Assembly: GCA_034422075.1 (NCBI GenBank)
Contig: DAOUJX010000006.1
Span: forward strand, 462 to 64,461
Length of the DNA: 64,000 nucleotides
Direction: 5' to 3'
From: Dehalococcoidia bacterium
GTDB lineage: Bacteria > Chloroflexota > Dehalococcoidia > Lucifugimonadales > Australimonadaceae
Made by a program: the position numbers and the translations under genes. Below are positions 1-9,326 of the stretch, piece by piece (the first letter of the stretch is position 1; every line of letters begins with the position of its first letter). The notes beneath the pieces are model-generated. The model did no database searches and was not told where the DNA came from. It worked only from the letters and a program-made list of their open reading frames with translations.

Positions 1-495
1 GCTCACGGGCAGAATGCCCATGTTGGCGCCGTGGCGCTTGCCGCCCTGTGTAATCATGTCGGATACGTTGGAGAGCATCTCCAGCACGGCGATTGCACCG
101 CACGCTTCGCCGTGGGTCGTCGAGATGTGCGAGCCGCGGCCGCGCAAGCGCCCGAACGAGTAACCTGTGCCACCTCCGTACTTCTGCACCATGGCGGTGG
201 TGGTGGCTGCCGCCATTATCGACTCCATCGTGTCTTCGATGGGAATCACGAAGCAGGCCGACAGCGTGCCCTGCCCGGTACCTGCGTTGAAGAGCGTCGG
301 GGAGTTAGGCATGAAGCGCCCGGACGCCATCATCTCGTAGAAGCGCTCAGCCCACGCAGCCCGACCTTCCTCTTCAACACTTGCAACGGCGTCTGCCACG
401 CGATGGAAGAGGCCGGTGGGCGATTCGCCGGCGAGCAGGTAGCGCGCCTTGAGGATGCGCAGCGCATTGTCGCTCAACTGCGGGGTAGTGGCCAT
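1..495 (-). CDS. nrdJ: Class II (adenosylcobalamin-dependent) ribonucleotide reductase, N-terminal 165 aa; runs off window start (not in ORF track)
   Basis: Manual translation from ATG at 495: MATTPQLSDNALRILKARYL...FMPNSPTLFNAG...LSACFV...GGGTG...QGGKRHGANMGIL; directly downstream of nrdR. Confidence 0.9.
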   Translation of the reverse strand, partial: MATTPQLSDNALRILKARYLLAGESPTGLFHRVADAVASVEEEGRAAWAERFYEMMASGRFMPNSPTLFNAGTGQGTLSACFVIPIEDTMESIMAAATTTAMVQKYGGGTGYSFGRLRGRGSHISTTHGEACGAIAVLEMLSNVSDMITQGGKRHGANMGILPVS

Positions 496-523
496 AGCGC
501 AATTCTACATTGCGCGAACCTGC

Positions 524-1090
524 TTAGGGCTGTGGAACCATGATGCTGGGCTTGCGCCCTCGCCGCAGCCTGGGCTTGGGCGGCGCCGCCGATTCATTGG
601 GGATCAGCGTCAACTGACCCGTGTCGTCAATCTCGCCACTAGCCTCAGCCGACTCTAGCGCCTGTATCTCGCGGATGAACATGTCAAGGTCGGCGAAGTC
701 GCGGTAGACGCTCGCGTAGCGCAGGTAGGCGACGGGGTCGAGGGTACGCAGGCGCTCCATGGTGATCTCACCGACACGAGCCGCCTTTACTTCTGCGCGG
801 CCAATCCGCCGGATGTCGCTCTCGATCTCATCCGCCAGCTTGTCGACCGCTCCCGTTGGCAATGGGCGCTTGACGCATGCCAGGCGGAGGGAGCGTAGCA
901 GCTTTTCGCGCAGGAACTCCTCCCGCCGTCCGTCGCGCTTCTCGATGAGCAGCACCTCCTGCTGGATGCGCTCATAGGTGGTGAAGCGTGCACCGCATGC
1001 GTTGCACTCGCGACGGCGCCGGATCTCGTTGCCGGTATCGCGCGAGTCGGTGACTCGAGAGTCGGGGTCGCCACAATGCGGACAGTGCAT
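524..1090 (-). CDS. nrdR: Transcriptional repressor NrdR (Zn ribbon + ATP cone) with C-terminal extension
   Basis: MHCPHC...RRRRECNAC..RFTTYE, VAYLRYASVYRDF; start placed at ATG 1090 (ORF track starts at GTG 1096). Confidence 0.97.
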   Translation of the reverse strand: MHCPHCGDPDSRVTDSRDTGNEIRRRRECNACGARFTTYERIQQEVLLIEKRDGRREEFLREKLLRSLRLACVKRPLPTGAVDKLADEIESDIRRIGRAEVKAARVGEITMERLRTLDPVAYLRYASVYRDFADLDMFIREIQALESAEASGEIDDTGQLTLIPNESAAPPKPRLRRGRKPSIMVPQP

Positions 1091-1159
1091 AGTCACCCTG
1101 TTGGGCGACCCCCGCCGTTGTTAAGGCGAACGGGGGCCGCCACATCGTCAGGTTGTGTA

Positions 1160-1175
1160 CGCCAATATATTGTAT
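1160..1175. promoter_or_regulatory. NrdR box
   Basis: cgcCAATATATTGtat matches consensus acaCwAtATaTwGtgt with palindromic core CAATATATTG, 70 bp upstream of nrdR-nrdJ. Confidence 0.8.
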
Positions 1176-1350
1176 GTAAACGTGCTGCGGCTACCAGATA
1201 CCAGCGCCGCTCCCCCAGTTTTGAGGGATTGGCTAGTTATCACAGCCGCAGCAGCGTCTGTCAAGTGGTGTGCTCTTTGATTCCACCACATACTCGGAAG
1301 ATGAAACCCATAAATCCTATATTTAGTGCAATATCTGAAGTTGTTCCGAA

Positions 1351-1428
1351 CTCTCGCCCCAACCCTCCGGTGGGGAGAGGTAGAAAGAGCCCCTGCTCTC
1401 TCCCAAGGGGGGGGAGGAGAGAGCAGGG
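1351..1428. repeat. REP-like palindromic element(s)
   Basis: ctctcgccccaaccctccggtggggagagg (1351-1380), then perfect 13-bp inverted repeat ccctgctctctcc (1391-1403) / ggagagagcaggg (1416-1428). Confidence 0.6.
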
Positions 1429-1562
1429 CGGGGAGAGTGGGGTTCTTCCACCGAGCCTGCCCCTGGGCCGATCCTTTGTCAGCCCAGGGAACAGTGCTCG
1501 GTAAGCAGCGCATGGAAGGAGGCTGTACCAGCGGCGCTGCAGGGGATTGTCCGTGCTGTCGA

Positions 1563-2654
1563 CTAGATGCGAAGCGACCTTGCCGAGCGCAGGAACGGCG
1601 GCAGGTCCATCTCCGCTTCCTCTCCCAGCGCACTGCGGAGGAAGGAGGAGATGGAGTCGTCGTCGCGCGTCAACAGGCTGCCAGCCTCGGCTGTCGGGAG
1701 ACCGGTAGCGATGATGGTCACACGCACCTCGTCCTCCATCTTCATGTCAGGCACCATGCCGAAGATGATGTTGGCGTCAGGGTCGACGACCTGGCCGATG
1801 GTGTTGGCCGCGGCCTGCACCTCGCGCAACGTAAGGTCGTTGCCGCCGGTGATGTTGAAGAGGATGCCGCGCGCGCCCTCGATGCTCACATCAAGCATCG
1901 GGCTCCTGATGGCGTTGCGGGCTGCTTCGACCGCCCGGTTCTCGCCGCTGGCCGTGCCGATGGCCATCCAAGCGGGGCCTGCCCCGCTCATGATGGTCTT
2001 AACGTCGGCGAAGTCGAGGTTGATCTCGCCGGGCACGGTGACGAGCTCGGCAATGGACTGAACGCCCTGCCGCAGCACGTCGTCAGCCACCTTGAAGGCC
2101 TGCTCAGCCGTGACCTCCTCCTCGCACATCGAGGTAAGGCGGTCGTTGGGGATGATGATGAGGGTGTCGACCCGCTCCTGTAGGAGAGCGAGGCCGTCAT
2201 CAGCATTCTTGCCGCGCTTGCGACCCTCGAAGCTGAAGGGCCTGGTGACGACGGCGATGGTCAGCGCTCCTGTCTCCTTGGCCACCTCGGCCATGACGGA
2301 GGCCGCGCCCGTGCCGGTCCCGCCGCCCATTCCGGCAGCGATGAAAATCATGTCGGCACCGCGCACTGCCTCGTAGAGTTCCTCCCGCGACTCCTCCGCT
2401 GCGTCCCTGCCGATTGAGGGGTCGCCGCCGACGCCGAGTCCGCGGGTGAGCTTGTCACCGATACGGATCTTGACCGGCACCTCCGAGCGGAGCAGGTGCT
2501 GGGTGTCGGTGTTGACCGCTAGGTACTCGACTCCCGGCACACGCTCCCGGTACATGCGGTTAACCGCATTGCAACCACCGCCGCCTACGCCGATGACCTT
2601 GACCTGGGCCATCCCGTCAGCGGGGGGTAAATGATTCACTCCGTACATATTCAT
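1563..2654 (-). CDS. ftsZ: Cell division protein FtsZ
   Basis: VIGVGGGGCNAV, tubulin signature GMGGGTGTGA, NLDFADVKTIM, C-terminal DLPPFLR; start ATG 2654 or 2648 (ORF track 2717). Confidence 0.98.
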   Translation of the reverse strand: MNMYGVNHLPPADGMAQVKVIGVGGGGCNAVNRMYRERVPGVEYLAVNTDTQHLLRSEVPVKIRIGDKLTRGLGVGGDPSIGRDAAEESREELYEAVRGADMIFIAAGMGGGTGTGAASVMAEVAKETGALTIAVVTRPFSFEGRKRGKNADDGLALLQERVDTLIIIPNDRLTSMCEEEVTAEQAFKVADDVLRQGVQSIAELVTVPGEINLDFADVKTIMSGAGPAWMAIGTASGENRAVEAARNAIRSPMLDVSIEGARGILFNITGGNDLTLREVQAAANTIGQVVDPDANIIFGMVPDMKMEDEVRVTIIATGLPTAEAGSLLTRDDDSISSFLRSALGEEAEMDLPPFLRSARSLRI

Positions 2655-2749
2655 CTCTTCCTTCTCCTTTACCCTTTTGCTCCTGGCGTTCGTTTCCCTG
2701 CGTTGACGGCGGCCCACCGCTTCGGCTCGGGCCGCGAGTGGTGGTGTAC

Positions 2750-3979
2750 TTAGGCAGGCACCTTGCTCCGGTCATCCGACGGCCTGCTCCCAAACCAGCT
2801 GCGCATCCGCTTGCCGATCGAAATCGGCGCGGAGGTGTCGAGCGCCACAGCGCCCGCGTGCTGGTGGCGGATTCCCCACAGGAGCAGCCCAACTGCCGTG
2901 GAGTACGATGCGTCCTTCATCGCGGCTGGGACGCCTAGCGTGGTGGTGGGCGCTCCGAGGCGTACGGAGCATGCCCCGTGCTCCGCCAACAGTCCGGCAA
3001 GCCCCGGCAGCTTGGAAGTGCCGCCGGTCAAGACGACGCCGCCCGGGGGTACGCGCGAAAAGCCGGCGTCGCGGACGCGTCCGAGTATTAGCCGCACCAG
3101 TTCCTCCGCACGCTCGTTCAGGAGCTTGCTAATGGTCTCGGAGACGTGCGGGTCCACCTCCTTGTTGTTGGCAAGGGCGGCGGAGTAGCGCAGCTTGGCC
3201 TCCTCTGCCTGCTCAGACGTCAGGCCGAGCGCAAGCGCGAGGTCGTTGGTGAAGTGGTAGCCGGCAATCGGGATCGCCGAGGTGTAGCAGACCGCCCCGT
3301 CGGTGAAGATGGCCACGTCGGTCGTGCCGCCCCCGCTGTCGGCCAGGACGACGCCGACCTCGCGTTCGTGGGCCGTGAGGACGGACTCGGCGCTGGCAAG
3401 ATGCTCGAGCACCATGCCCTTTACAGGAACGCCCGCCTTTCGTACGACGCGTGCGATGCTGCGCAGTTCCTCGCGGTCGCCTAGAACCACGTGCGACTCA
3501 GCGCTCAAGCGCGTGCCGTTGAGGCCGATGGGGTTGCGCACACCCACCTCTCCATCCATTCCATCGACGACGTAGGTGCGCGGAATGATGTGCACCATCC
3601 GCCGCGCAGTGCTTACCTGCTTCCCGTCAAGTGACGAACTGAGCAGCTTGTTGACGTCGGAGTCGGACACCGCCTGGTCGCCGTCGTCGCGCATGATGCT
3701 GGCTTCGACGTTAACGCAGCTCAAGTGCGCGCCTGTGACGCCAACGAATGCTGGCGGCAAGGGCTTGCCGTAAACCTCCTTCGCATCCGCAATCGACTGG
3801 CGGACGGACCTGCTGAGTTCGTCAGGATCGACGACCAAGCCCTTTTGCATGCCGAACGAGGTGGAGTATCCGGCGGCCAATATCTCCACGCCGCCGTTGG
3901 GCGAGACCCTGGCAACGAGGGTGACGACCTTGGTCGTACCGACGTCGATAGCCGTGTAGAGCGTCTCTCGGTTCATCAT
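2750..3979 (-). CDS. ftsA: Cell division protein FtsA
   Basis: AIDVGTTKV, ADSGGGTTDVAIF, VLTGGTSKLPG, YSTAVGLL; adjacent to ftsZ. Confidence 0.96.
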   Translation of the reverse strand: MMNRETLYTAIDVGTTKVVTLVARVSPNGGVEILAAGYSTSFGMQKGLVVDPDELSRSVRQSIADAKEVYGKPLPPAFVGVTGAHLSCVNVEASIMRDDGDQAVSDSDVNKLLSSSLDGKQVSTARRMVHIIPRTYVVDGMDGEVGVRNPIGLNGTRLSAESHVVLGDREELRSIARVVRKAGVPVKGMVLEHLASAESVLTAHEREVGVVLADSGGGTTDVAIFTDGAVCYTSAIPIAGYHFTNDLALALGLTSEQAEEAKLRYSAALANNKEVDPHVSETISKLLNERAEELVRLILGRVRDAGFSRVPPGGVVLTGGTSKLPGLAGLLAEHGACSVRLGAPTTTLGVPAAMKDASYSTAVGLLLWGIRHQHAGAVALDTSAPISIGKRMRSWFGSRPSDDRSKVPA

Positions 3980-4866
3980 GCTGCACGTGCCTCCTCCGAC
4001 GCGATCTTCTGAGCAGTACGCAAGCGCGCGCTGCGGCTACGTCGGTTTGCTGCAATTTCACTTGGCTCGGGCTTGACGACTCGCTTGGTCAATGGCTCGA
4101 GACGTGCATCGTTGCGGACAAGTGACTTGACGATGCGGTCCTCGAGGGAGTGGTAGGCAATAGTGACGAGGCGCCCGCCCTCGACCAGGATTTCGACTGC
4201 CCGCGCGAGCCCCGCACGGAGCGCGTCCAATTCGTCGTTCACCGCTATGCGCAGAGCCTGAAAGGTGCGCGTAGCGGGGTGAGTGCGGCCGCGCCGGTAG
4301 CCAGAAGCACGAGCTACGGTCTCCGCCAGCCGCGCGGTGTCTGTGATGGGCCGCGCCTGCACGATGGCGCGCGCGATCCTTCGGGAGCGCGGCTCCTCGC
4401 CGTACTGGTACAGCAAGTCGGCCAGCGCGCCCTCGTCCAATGTGTTGACTATCTCCTCCGCCGTCGGTCCTCCGTCCTGCCCGAACCGCATGTCGAGTGG
4501 CTCGCTCTGCCGGAAGGAGAAGCCCCGCCGCGCGACGTCCAGTTGGCGAGACGAGACGCCGAGGTCGAAGAGGACGCTGTCGGCCGGAACGAATCCTTCC
4601 GCGTGGGCGACGCTGCCGAGGTCGCGGAAGTTGGCGTTGACAATGCGGATTCGCTCGCCGTAGGGCGCAAGCGTCGATGCCGCGACGTCGATGGCCTCGG
4701 CGTCCGCATCGAGGCCGAGCAGCTTGCCGGTGGGTGCACAGGCCTGAGCAATGCGCGCAGCGTGACCACCGTTCCCGAGCGTGCAGTCGATGTAGGCGCC
4801 GCCATCACGGGGAGCCATGGCATCTAACACTTGTCTACTCAAAACCGGCGTGTGAAGACCTTCCAT
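3976..4866 (-). CDS. rsmH: 16S rRNA m4C1402 methyltransferase RsmH (MraW)
   Basis: HTPVL, DCTLGNGGHA, FDLGVSSRQLD..RGFSF, HPATRTFQALRIAVNDEL, YHSLEDRIVK, NRRSRSARLR. Confidence 0.98.
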   Translation of the reverse strand: MEGLHTPVLSRQVLDAMAPRDGGAYIDCTLGNGGHAARIAQACAPTGKLLGLDADAEAIDVAASTLAPYGERIRIVNANFRDLGSVAHAEGFVPADSVLFDLGVSSRQLDVARRGFSFRQSEPLDMRFGQDGGPTAEEIVNTLDEGALADLLYQYGEEPRSRRIARAIVQARPITDTARLAETVARASGYRRGRTHPATRTFQALRIAVNDELDALRAGLARAVEILVEGGRLVTIAYHSLEDRIVKSLVRNDARLEPLTKRVVKPEPSEIAANRRSRSARLRTAQKIASEEARAA

Positions 4867-5317
4867 CGTCTTCCTCTGGTGGGGCCCAATGGGGCGAGAT
4901 TACCTAAACCGAGCACGGCCAAAATTAGTCGTTATATAAGAAACAGTCAATTAACTTTCTATGCATTTTCCGAATTATAGACCCAATTCATCACCGTATT
5001 TAGTAGTCTATAGACTGATAAATTGGCAGTAGTGTGTTGGATTATTCAAGCAGGTTGTGCCTGACATATGGTCAAATACTAAACTTTGTATAAAAGTTCA
5101 AAATGAGTGTCCAAAACCCTCGTCTTTCCATGCCGCCTCCTACCCATGTCTCGATGCGGGTAGTCGCTGCGCAGCTGGCGCCAGCAGGCGGTCAGGACGG
5201 GGCTAACCGCGCTCATGCTCTGCTGCTATACTCCGCTTTCGGCCTGCCCAGTCAGTAGTGGAGGACAGGCCAGATCCCACTGCTCCGCATGATGATTGCG
5301 GTCCGTATGGACGGGTG

Positions 5318-6502
5318 ATGGAACGCTACCAGTCGGAATTTGTGCCGCCTGCGCGTGTGCTCATGGGCGCAGGGCCGAGCAACGTCCACCCGCGCGTCAT
5401 CCGCGCGATGACCGCTTCGCTGCTCGGCCACATGGACCCCGACTTCCTACAGGTGCTGGACGACGTGAACGCGATGCTGCGCGTCGTGTTTCGCACCAGC
5501 AACGCCTTCACGTGGCCGGTTTCGGGCACTGGCACCGCCGGTATGGAGGCCGCCATCGTCAACATCGTCGAGCCGGGCGACACGGTGGTGGTCGCGGCCA
5601 ACGGCTACTTCGGCGAGCGTCTTTCCGAAATTGCGCGCAGGGCGGGCGCGAACGTCGCCACGGTGCACTTTGCGTACGGCGAGCCAGCCTCGTCTGAGCG
5701 CATCCGCGACGAGCTAACGCGCCACCGTTCGGTCAAGGCGGTCGCGGTCGTCCATGCCGAGACGTCCACCGGTGTGCTCTCGGACGTGAAGGCGGTGGCG
5801 GAGGCCGCGCACGACCATGGCGCACTCGTCATCGTCGACGCTGTTACCTCGCTGGGCGGAGTGGAGTTGCAGGTGGGCGCGTGGGACATCGACGTGGCCT
5901 ACTCGGGCACACAGAAGTGCCTGGCATGCCCGCCGGGGCTCGCACCCATAACGTTGAGCGAGCGGGCGGTCGAGACGCTCCGGCTCCGTAAGACGCCCGT
6001 CCAGAGCTACTACCTAGACATGAACCAGTTGCGCTCCTACTTCGAACTGCGTGGCTACCATCACACGGCACCCATCAGCAACCTCTACGGGCTGCGAGAG
6101 GGATTGCGGGTGCTCTTGGAAGAGGGCGTCGAGAATAGCTGGCGGCGGCATGCGCGCGCGGCGGACGGCCTACAGGCCGGCCTCGAGGCGATGGGCTTGA
6201 GCCTGTTCGCCAGCGAGCCGAATCGCCTGCCGTCGCTGACGACCATCAACGTCCCGGAAGGCGTCGACCCGGCGGCAGTCCGCAAGCATCTGCTCGACCG
6301 CCACAGCCTCGAGATCAGCTCCGGGTTGGGGGAGATTGCCAATTCCGTCTGGCGCGTGGGGCTGATGGGCTACAACGCAACGGAAACGAACGTCTTCCTG
6401 TTCCTCTCGGCGTTGGAGGAGGCACTGCTGGCGCAGAGCTTCGAACTACCGGCGGGCGCGAGCCTTGCGGCGGCGCAACGCGCGATGCTGAACGGCGCCT
6501 AA
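5318..6502 (+). CDS. Alanine-glyoxylate / serine-pyruvate aminotransferase family (class V PLP enzyme)
   Basis: LMGAGPSNV, VHAETSTGV, VDAVTSLGG, SGTQKCLACPPGL (PLP lysine), WRVGLMG; start ATG 5318 preferred. Confidence 0.9.
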   Translation: MERYQSEFVPPARVLMGAGPSNVHPRVIRAMTASLLGHMDPDFLQVLDDVNAMLRVVFRTSNAFTWPVSGTGTAGMEAAIVNIVEPGDTVVVAANGYFGERLSEIARRAGANVATVHFAYGEPASSERIRDELTRHRSVKAVAVVHAETSTGVLSDVKAVAEAAHDHGALVIVDAVTSLGGVELQVGAWDIDVAYSGTQKCLACPPGLAPITLSERAVETLRLRKTPVQSYYLDMNQLRSYFELRGYHHTAPISNLYGLREGLRVLLEEGVENSWRRHARAADGLQAGLEAMGLSLFASEPNRLPSLTTINVPEGVDPAAVRKHLLDRHSLEISSGLGEIANSVWRVGLMGYNATETNVFLFLSALEEALLAQSFELPAGASLAAAQRAMLNGA

Positions 6503-7278
6503 AGCTTTTCGGCGCGCAGCACCAGCACGTCCCAACCCCACCTGATCGTGTCATCGTCGCGCTCCATGGCGAACGCCGCAACGTGATCCGGCCCGACGTC
6601 GCGAAAGTCGACCTCCAACGCGCGCGTCTCCTCTTCAGACACGTGTGCGCGCGCACACCAGTCGACGAACTCCAGCCAGACCCTAGTCATTGCCGTATCA
6701 GTAACTCGCATGCCAGCCGCCTCGACGGAGCGCTGCCAGCCGATGGGTGAGCGATTGCGGACATGACTGGGATCGCGGCGTTCCTCCACTTCGTTCATCC
6801 AGTCGGCGATAGCCCTATCTTCGGGCGAAACGGTGTCGCAGAAGATGAAGACGCCGCGCGGCTCGAGAACGCGCGTGACCTCTGCGAGCCATGCGTCGGG
6901 GTCGAGGAAGTGGTGAGCGGCGGTACGGCAGGTGAGCAGGTCGATCGAGGCATCGCGGAAGGGCAGCGACTCAGCGGCGACGAGAACGCGCTCGACGCCC
7001 TTGATTTCGCGCTCCTTGGCGACGCGGGTCACCTGCGTCAGCATCTCGCGCGTCAGGTCAGTAGCGAGTACGGTGTCGGCAAACGGCACGGTGGCGAAAG
7101 CAGTGAAGCCGGGGCCGGTGGCAATATCGACCGCCGTGGCAAAGCGCCGCCCGTCTTTGGCCAACGCCTCTTCCACGAGGCGCAAGCTATCACCGGTCCG
7201 GTGCGCTGCGCTGGTGACGTAGTTCGCCGCCGTCGCGCCGAACTGCTGCTGTGATGAGCGTTGGGGGGGCTGTTGCAT
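6499..7278 (-). CDS. Class I SAM-dependent methyltransferase (UbiE/Methyltransf_11-like)
   Basis: VDIATGPGFTA, AESLPFRDASIDLLTCRTAAHHF, RDPSHVR; start ATG 7278 preferred. Confidence 0.85.
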   Translation of the reverse strand: MQQPPQRSSQQQFGATAANYVTSAAHRTGDSLRLVEEALAKDGRRFATAVDIATGPGFTAFATVPFADTVLATDLTREMLTQVTRVAKEREIKGVERVLVAAESLPFRDASIDLLTCRTAAHHFLDPDAWLAEVTRVLEPRGVFIFCDTVSPEDRAIADWMNEVEERRDPSHVRNRSPIGWQRSVEAAGMRVTDTAMTRVWLEFVDWCARAHVSEEETRALEVDFRDVGPDHVAAFAMERDDDTIRWGWDVLVLRAEKL

Positions 7279-7315
7279 GTGCGCATCATAGCGCGGACTG
7301 AGAGTGCCTGCGCGC

Positions 7316-8170
7316 CTACGCAGTTTCAACGACCAGCACACGCTCGCGGCCCGCTAGGTCATGAGCAGCTCGGATGCGCGCTTTGGGAAACGCAACTCTC
7401 GCGGCTGCCTGTGCCTCCACCATCTGCGCCGAATCGAGTTCGCAAATTAGCGCGCCGCCGTCGCGCATAGCGCCAGGTGCGGATGCAAGGAGTGCGCGCA
7501 CGAGGTCGAGGCCGTCATCGCCGCCGTCGAGCGCCTCGCGCGGCTCGTAGCGGCTCACTTCCGGCTCTAGGAGTGGGATTTGCGACGCCGGCACGTAGGG
7601 CAGGTTGGCGACGATGACATTGACGCGCTCCTGCAACGGCTCCAGCAGGCTTCCATGGTGCAAATGCACGCGTGCCGATACGGCGTGGCGCTCTGCGTTG
7701 CGTGCCGTCAGGTTGAGTGCCGCTTCCGAAATGTCGATGGCATGGATACGCGCGCTCGGCAGCGCGACGGCGAGCGCGATGCTGAGCACGCCGCTCCCGC
7801 AACCCACGTCGGCGATGACGGCGGATACTTCGCCGGGGGGCCGCAGCAGGCGCAAGGCCTCCTCCACCAGGCTCTCGCTGTCGGGACGGGGAATGAGGAC
7901 CCCTGGCGCGACTAGGAAGTCAAGGCCGTAGAACTCCCGCTGCCCCAATAGGTAAGCGATAGGCTCGCGACGCAGCCGGCGTTGGAGTAGCGCATCGACG
8001 GCTTCGCACCCCGCGTCGCCCTGCTCGTCACCCAAACGCGCATATAAGGCGGCGCGGTCGATGCCCAGGGAGCACATGAGAAGCAACTCCGCCTCGAGTT
8101 GCGCGTCACCGATGCCCGCACGGGCGAGGCGCCGCTCCGTCGAGCGGAGCAGCACACGCACCGTCGTCAC
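7316..8170 (-). CDS. prmC: Release factor glutamine methyltransferase PrmC (HemK)
   Basis: REPIAYLLGQREFYG, VLIPRPDSE, ADVGCGSG, ANLPY, ALDGGDDGL; overlaps prfA stop. Confidence 0.96.
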   Translation of the reverse strand: MTTVRVLLRSTERRLARAGIGDAQLEAELLLMCSLGIDRAALYARLGDEQGDAGCEAVDALLQRRLRREPIAYLLGQREFYGLDFLVAPGVLIPRPDSESLVEEALRLLRPPGEVSAVIADVGCGSGVLSIALAVALPSARIHAIDISEAALNLTARNAERHAVSARVHLHHGSLLEPLQERVNVIVANLPYVPASQIPLLEPEVSRYEPREALDGGDDGLDLVRALLASAPGAMRDGGALICELDSAQMVEAQAAARVAFPKARIRAAHDLAGRERVLVVETA

Positions 8171-9237
8171 GCGACCGCCTCCCGGAGTAACCGCGCCTGC
8201 TCGTCTTCCAGCAGCGCTGTGATGACGCGGTCGAGCTTGCCGGCAAGTATGTCGTCGAGGCCATGGACTGTGAGGCCGACGCGATGGTCGGTCAGCCGGT
8301 CCTGCGGGAAGTTGTACGTACGCACCTTCTCGGAGCGCTCGCCCGTGCCGACCTGCGAGCGGCGCAACTGGCCGGTCCGTTCCTGCTCCTCACGCAGCTG
8401 CTGCTCCAAGAGGCGGGAGCGGAGAACGGTCATCGCCTTGGTCTTGTTCTTCAGCTGCGAGCGCTCGTCCTGCGAGGTGACGGTGAGGCCGGTAGGCAAG
8501 TGAACGATGCGCACCGCAGTGGCCACCTTGTTGACATTCTGGCCGCCCGGGCCGCCCGAGTGGTAGATGTCGATGCGCAGGTCGGCGTCCGCAATCTCAA
8601 CGTCCACCTCCTCCGCCTCGGGGAGGACGGCAACCGTGGCGGTGGAGGTGTGGATGCGCCCCTGCGCCTCCGTAGTAGGCACGCGCTGGACGCGATGCAC
8701 CCCGCTCTCGTGCTTGAGGCGCCCAAACGCGCCGTGCCCGTCCACCTCGAAGACGATTTCCTTGAAACCGCCCTGCTCGGTAATGCTGGAGCTAACGACG
8801 TCGACACGCCAGCTGTGTTCCTGGGCGTAGCGGGTGTACATACGGTAGAGGTCGGCGGAAAAGAGCGCCGCCTCGTCGCCGCCCGTCCCTGCGCGAACCT
8901 CCACGATGGCCTTCTTGTCGTCGTTCGGATCCTTGGGCGCTAGCGCTTGGGTCAGCTCCCCTTCCAACGCCGCGACGCGCTCCGATAGCGTGGCGTGCTC
9001 CGCCTCTGCCAGCTCCGCGAGGTCGAGGTCGTCGTCATTGGTGAGAGCGGCAGCCTCCTCGAGCGCACTCTTCGCCTCCTCAAGGCGCCCGTGCAGCAAC
9101 ACGACGGGCTGCAGTTCCGCGCGCTCCTTGGCAAGCTTGCCAACCCGCTCAGGGTCGGAGACGACATCAGGCTGTCCGAGCATCTCTTCAATCTCGGCGT
9201 TGCGCGCAATGATGGTCGCAAGCCTGTCGTTCGCCAT
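8167..9237 (-). CDS. prfA: Peptide chain release factor 1
   Basis: GPGGQNVNK (GGQ), PxT recognition loop RVPTTE, RTYNFPQDRLTDHR; start ATG 9237 preferred. Confidence 0.97.
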   Translation of the reverse strand: MANDRLATIIARNAEIEEMLGQPDVVSDPERVGKLAKERAELQPVVLLHGRLEEAKSALEEAAALTNDDDLDLAELAEAEHATLSERVAALEGELTQALAPKDPNDDKKAIVEVRAGTGGDEAALFSADLYRMYTRYAQEHSWRVDVVSSSITEQGGFKEIVFEVDGHGAFGRLKHESGVHRVQRVPTTEAQGRIHTSTATVAVLPEAEEVDVEIADADLRIDIYHSGGPGGQNVNKVATAVRIVHLPTGLTVTSQDERSQLKNKTKAMTVLRSRLLEQQLREEQERTGQLRRSQVGTGERSEKVRTYNFPQDRLTDHRVGLTVHGLDDILAGKLDRVITALLEDEQARLLREAVA

Positions 9238-9326
9238 GGCCTTACACCACAAAGCCCCCAAGGAGGGGGCTACTAGAGAAGTATACCACCGGGGCTCGCA
9301 CGGACGGTTGCCGTTACACTATAGGC

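Noticed and set aside
31-543. 170-aa plus-strand ORF in the track
   Set aside because: Antisense shadow of the nrdJ N terminus on the minus strand; no recognisable motifs.
4880-4894. TGGGG-N5-TGGGG, an MraZ-box-like 10-bp periodic repeat upstream of rsmH
   Set aside because: Only two copies, on the opposite strand from the usual orientation, and no mraZ in the window; too weak.
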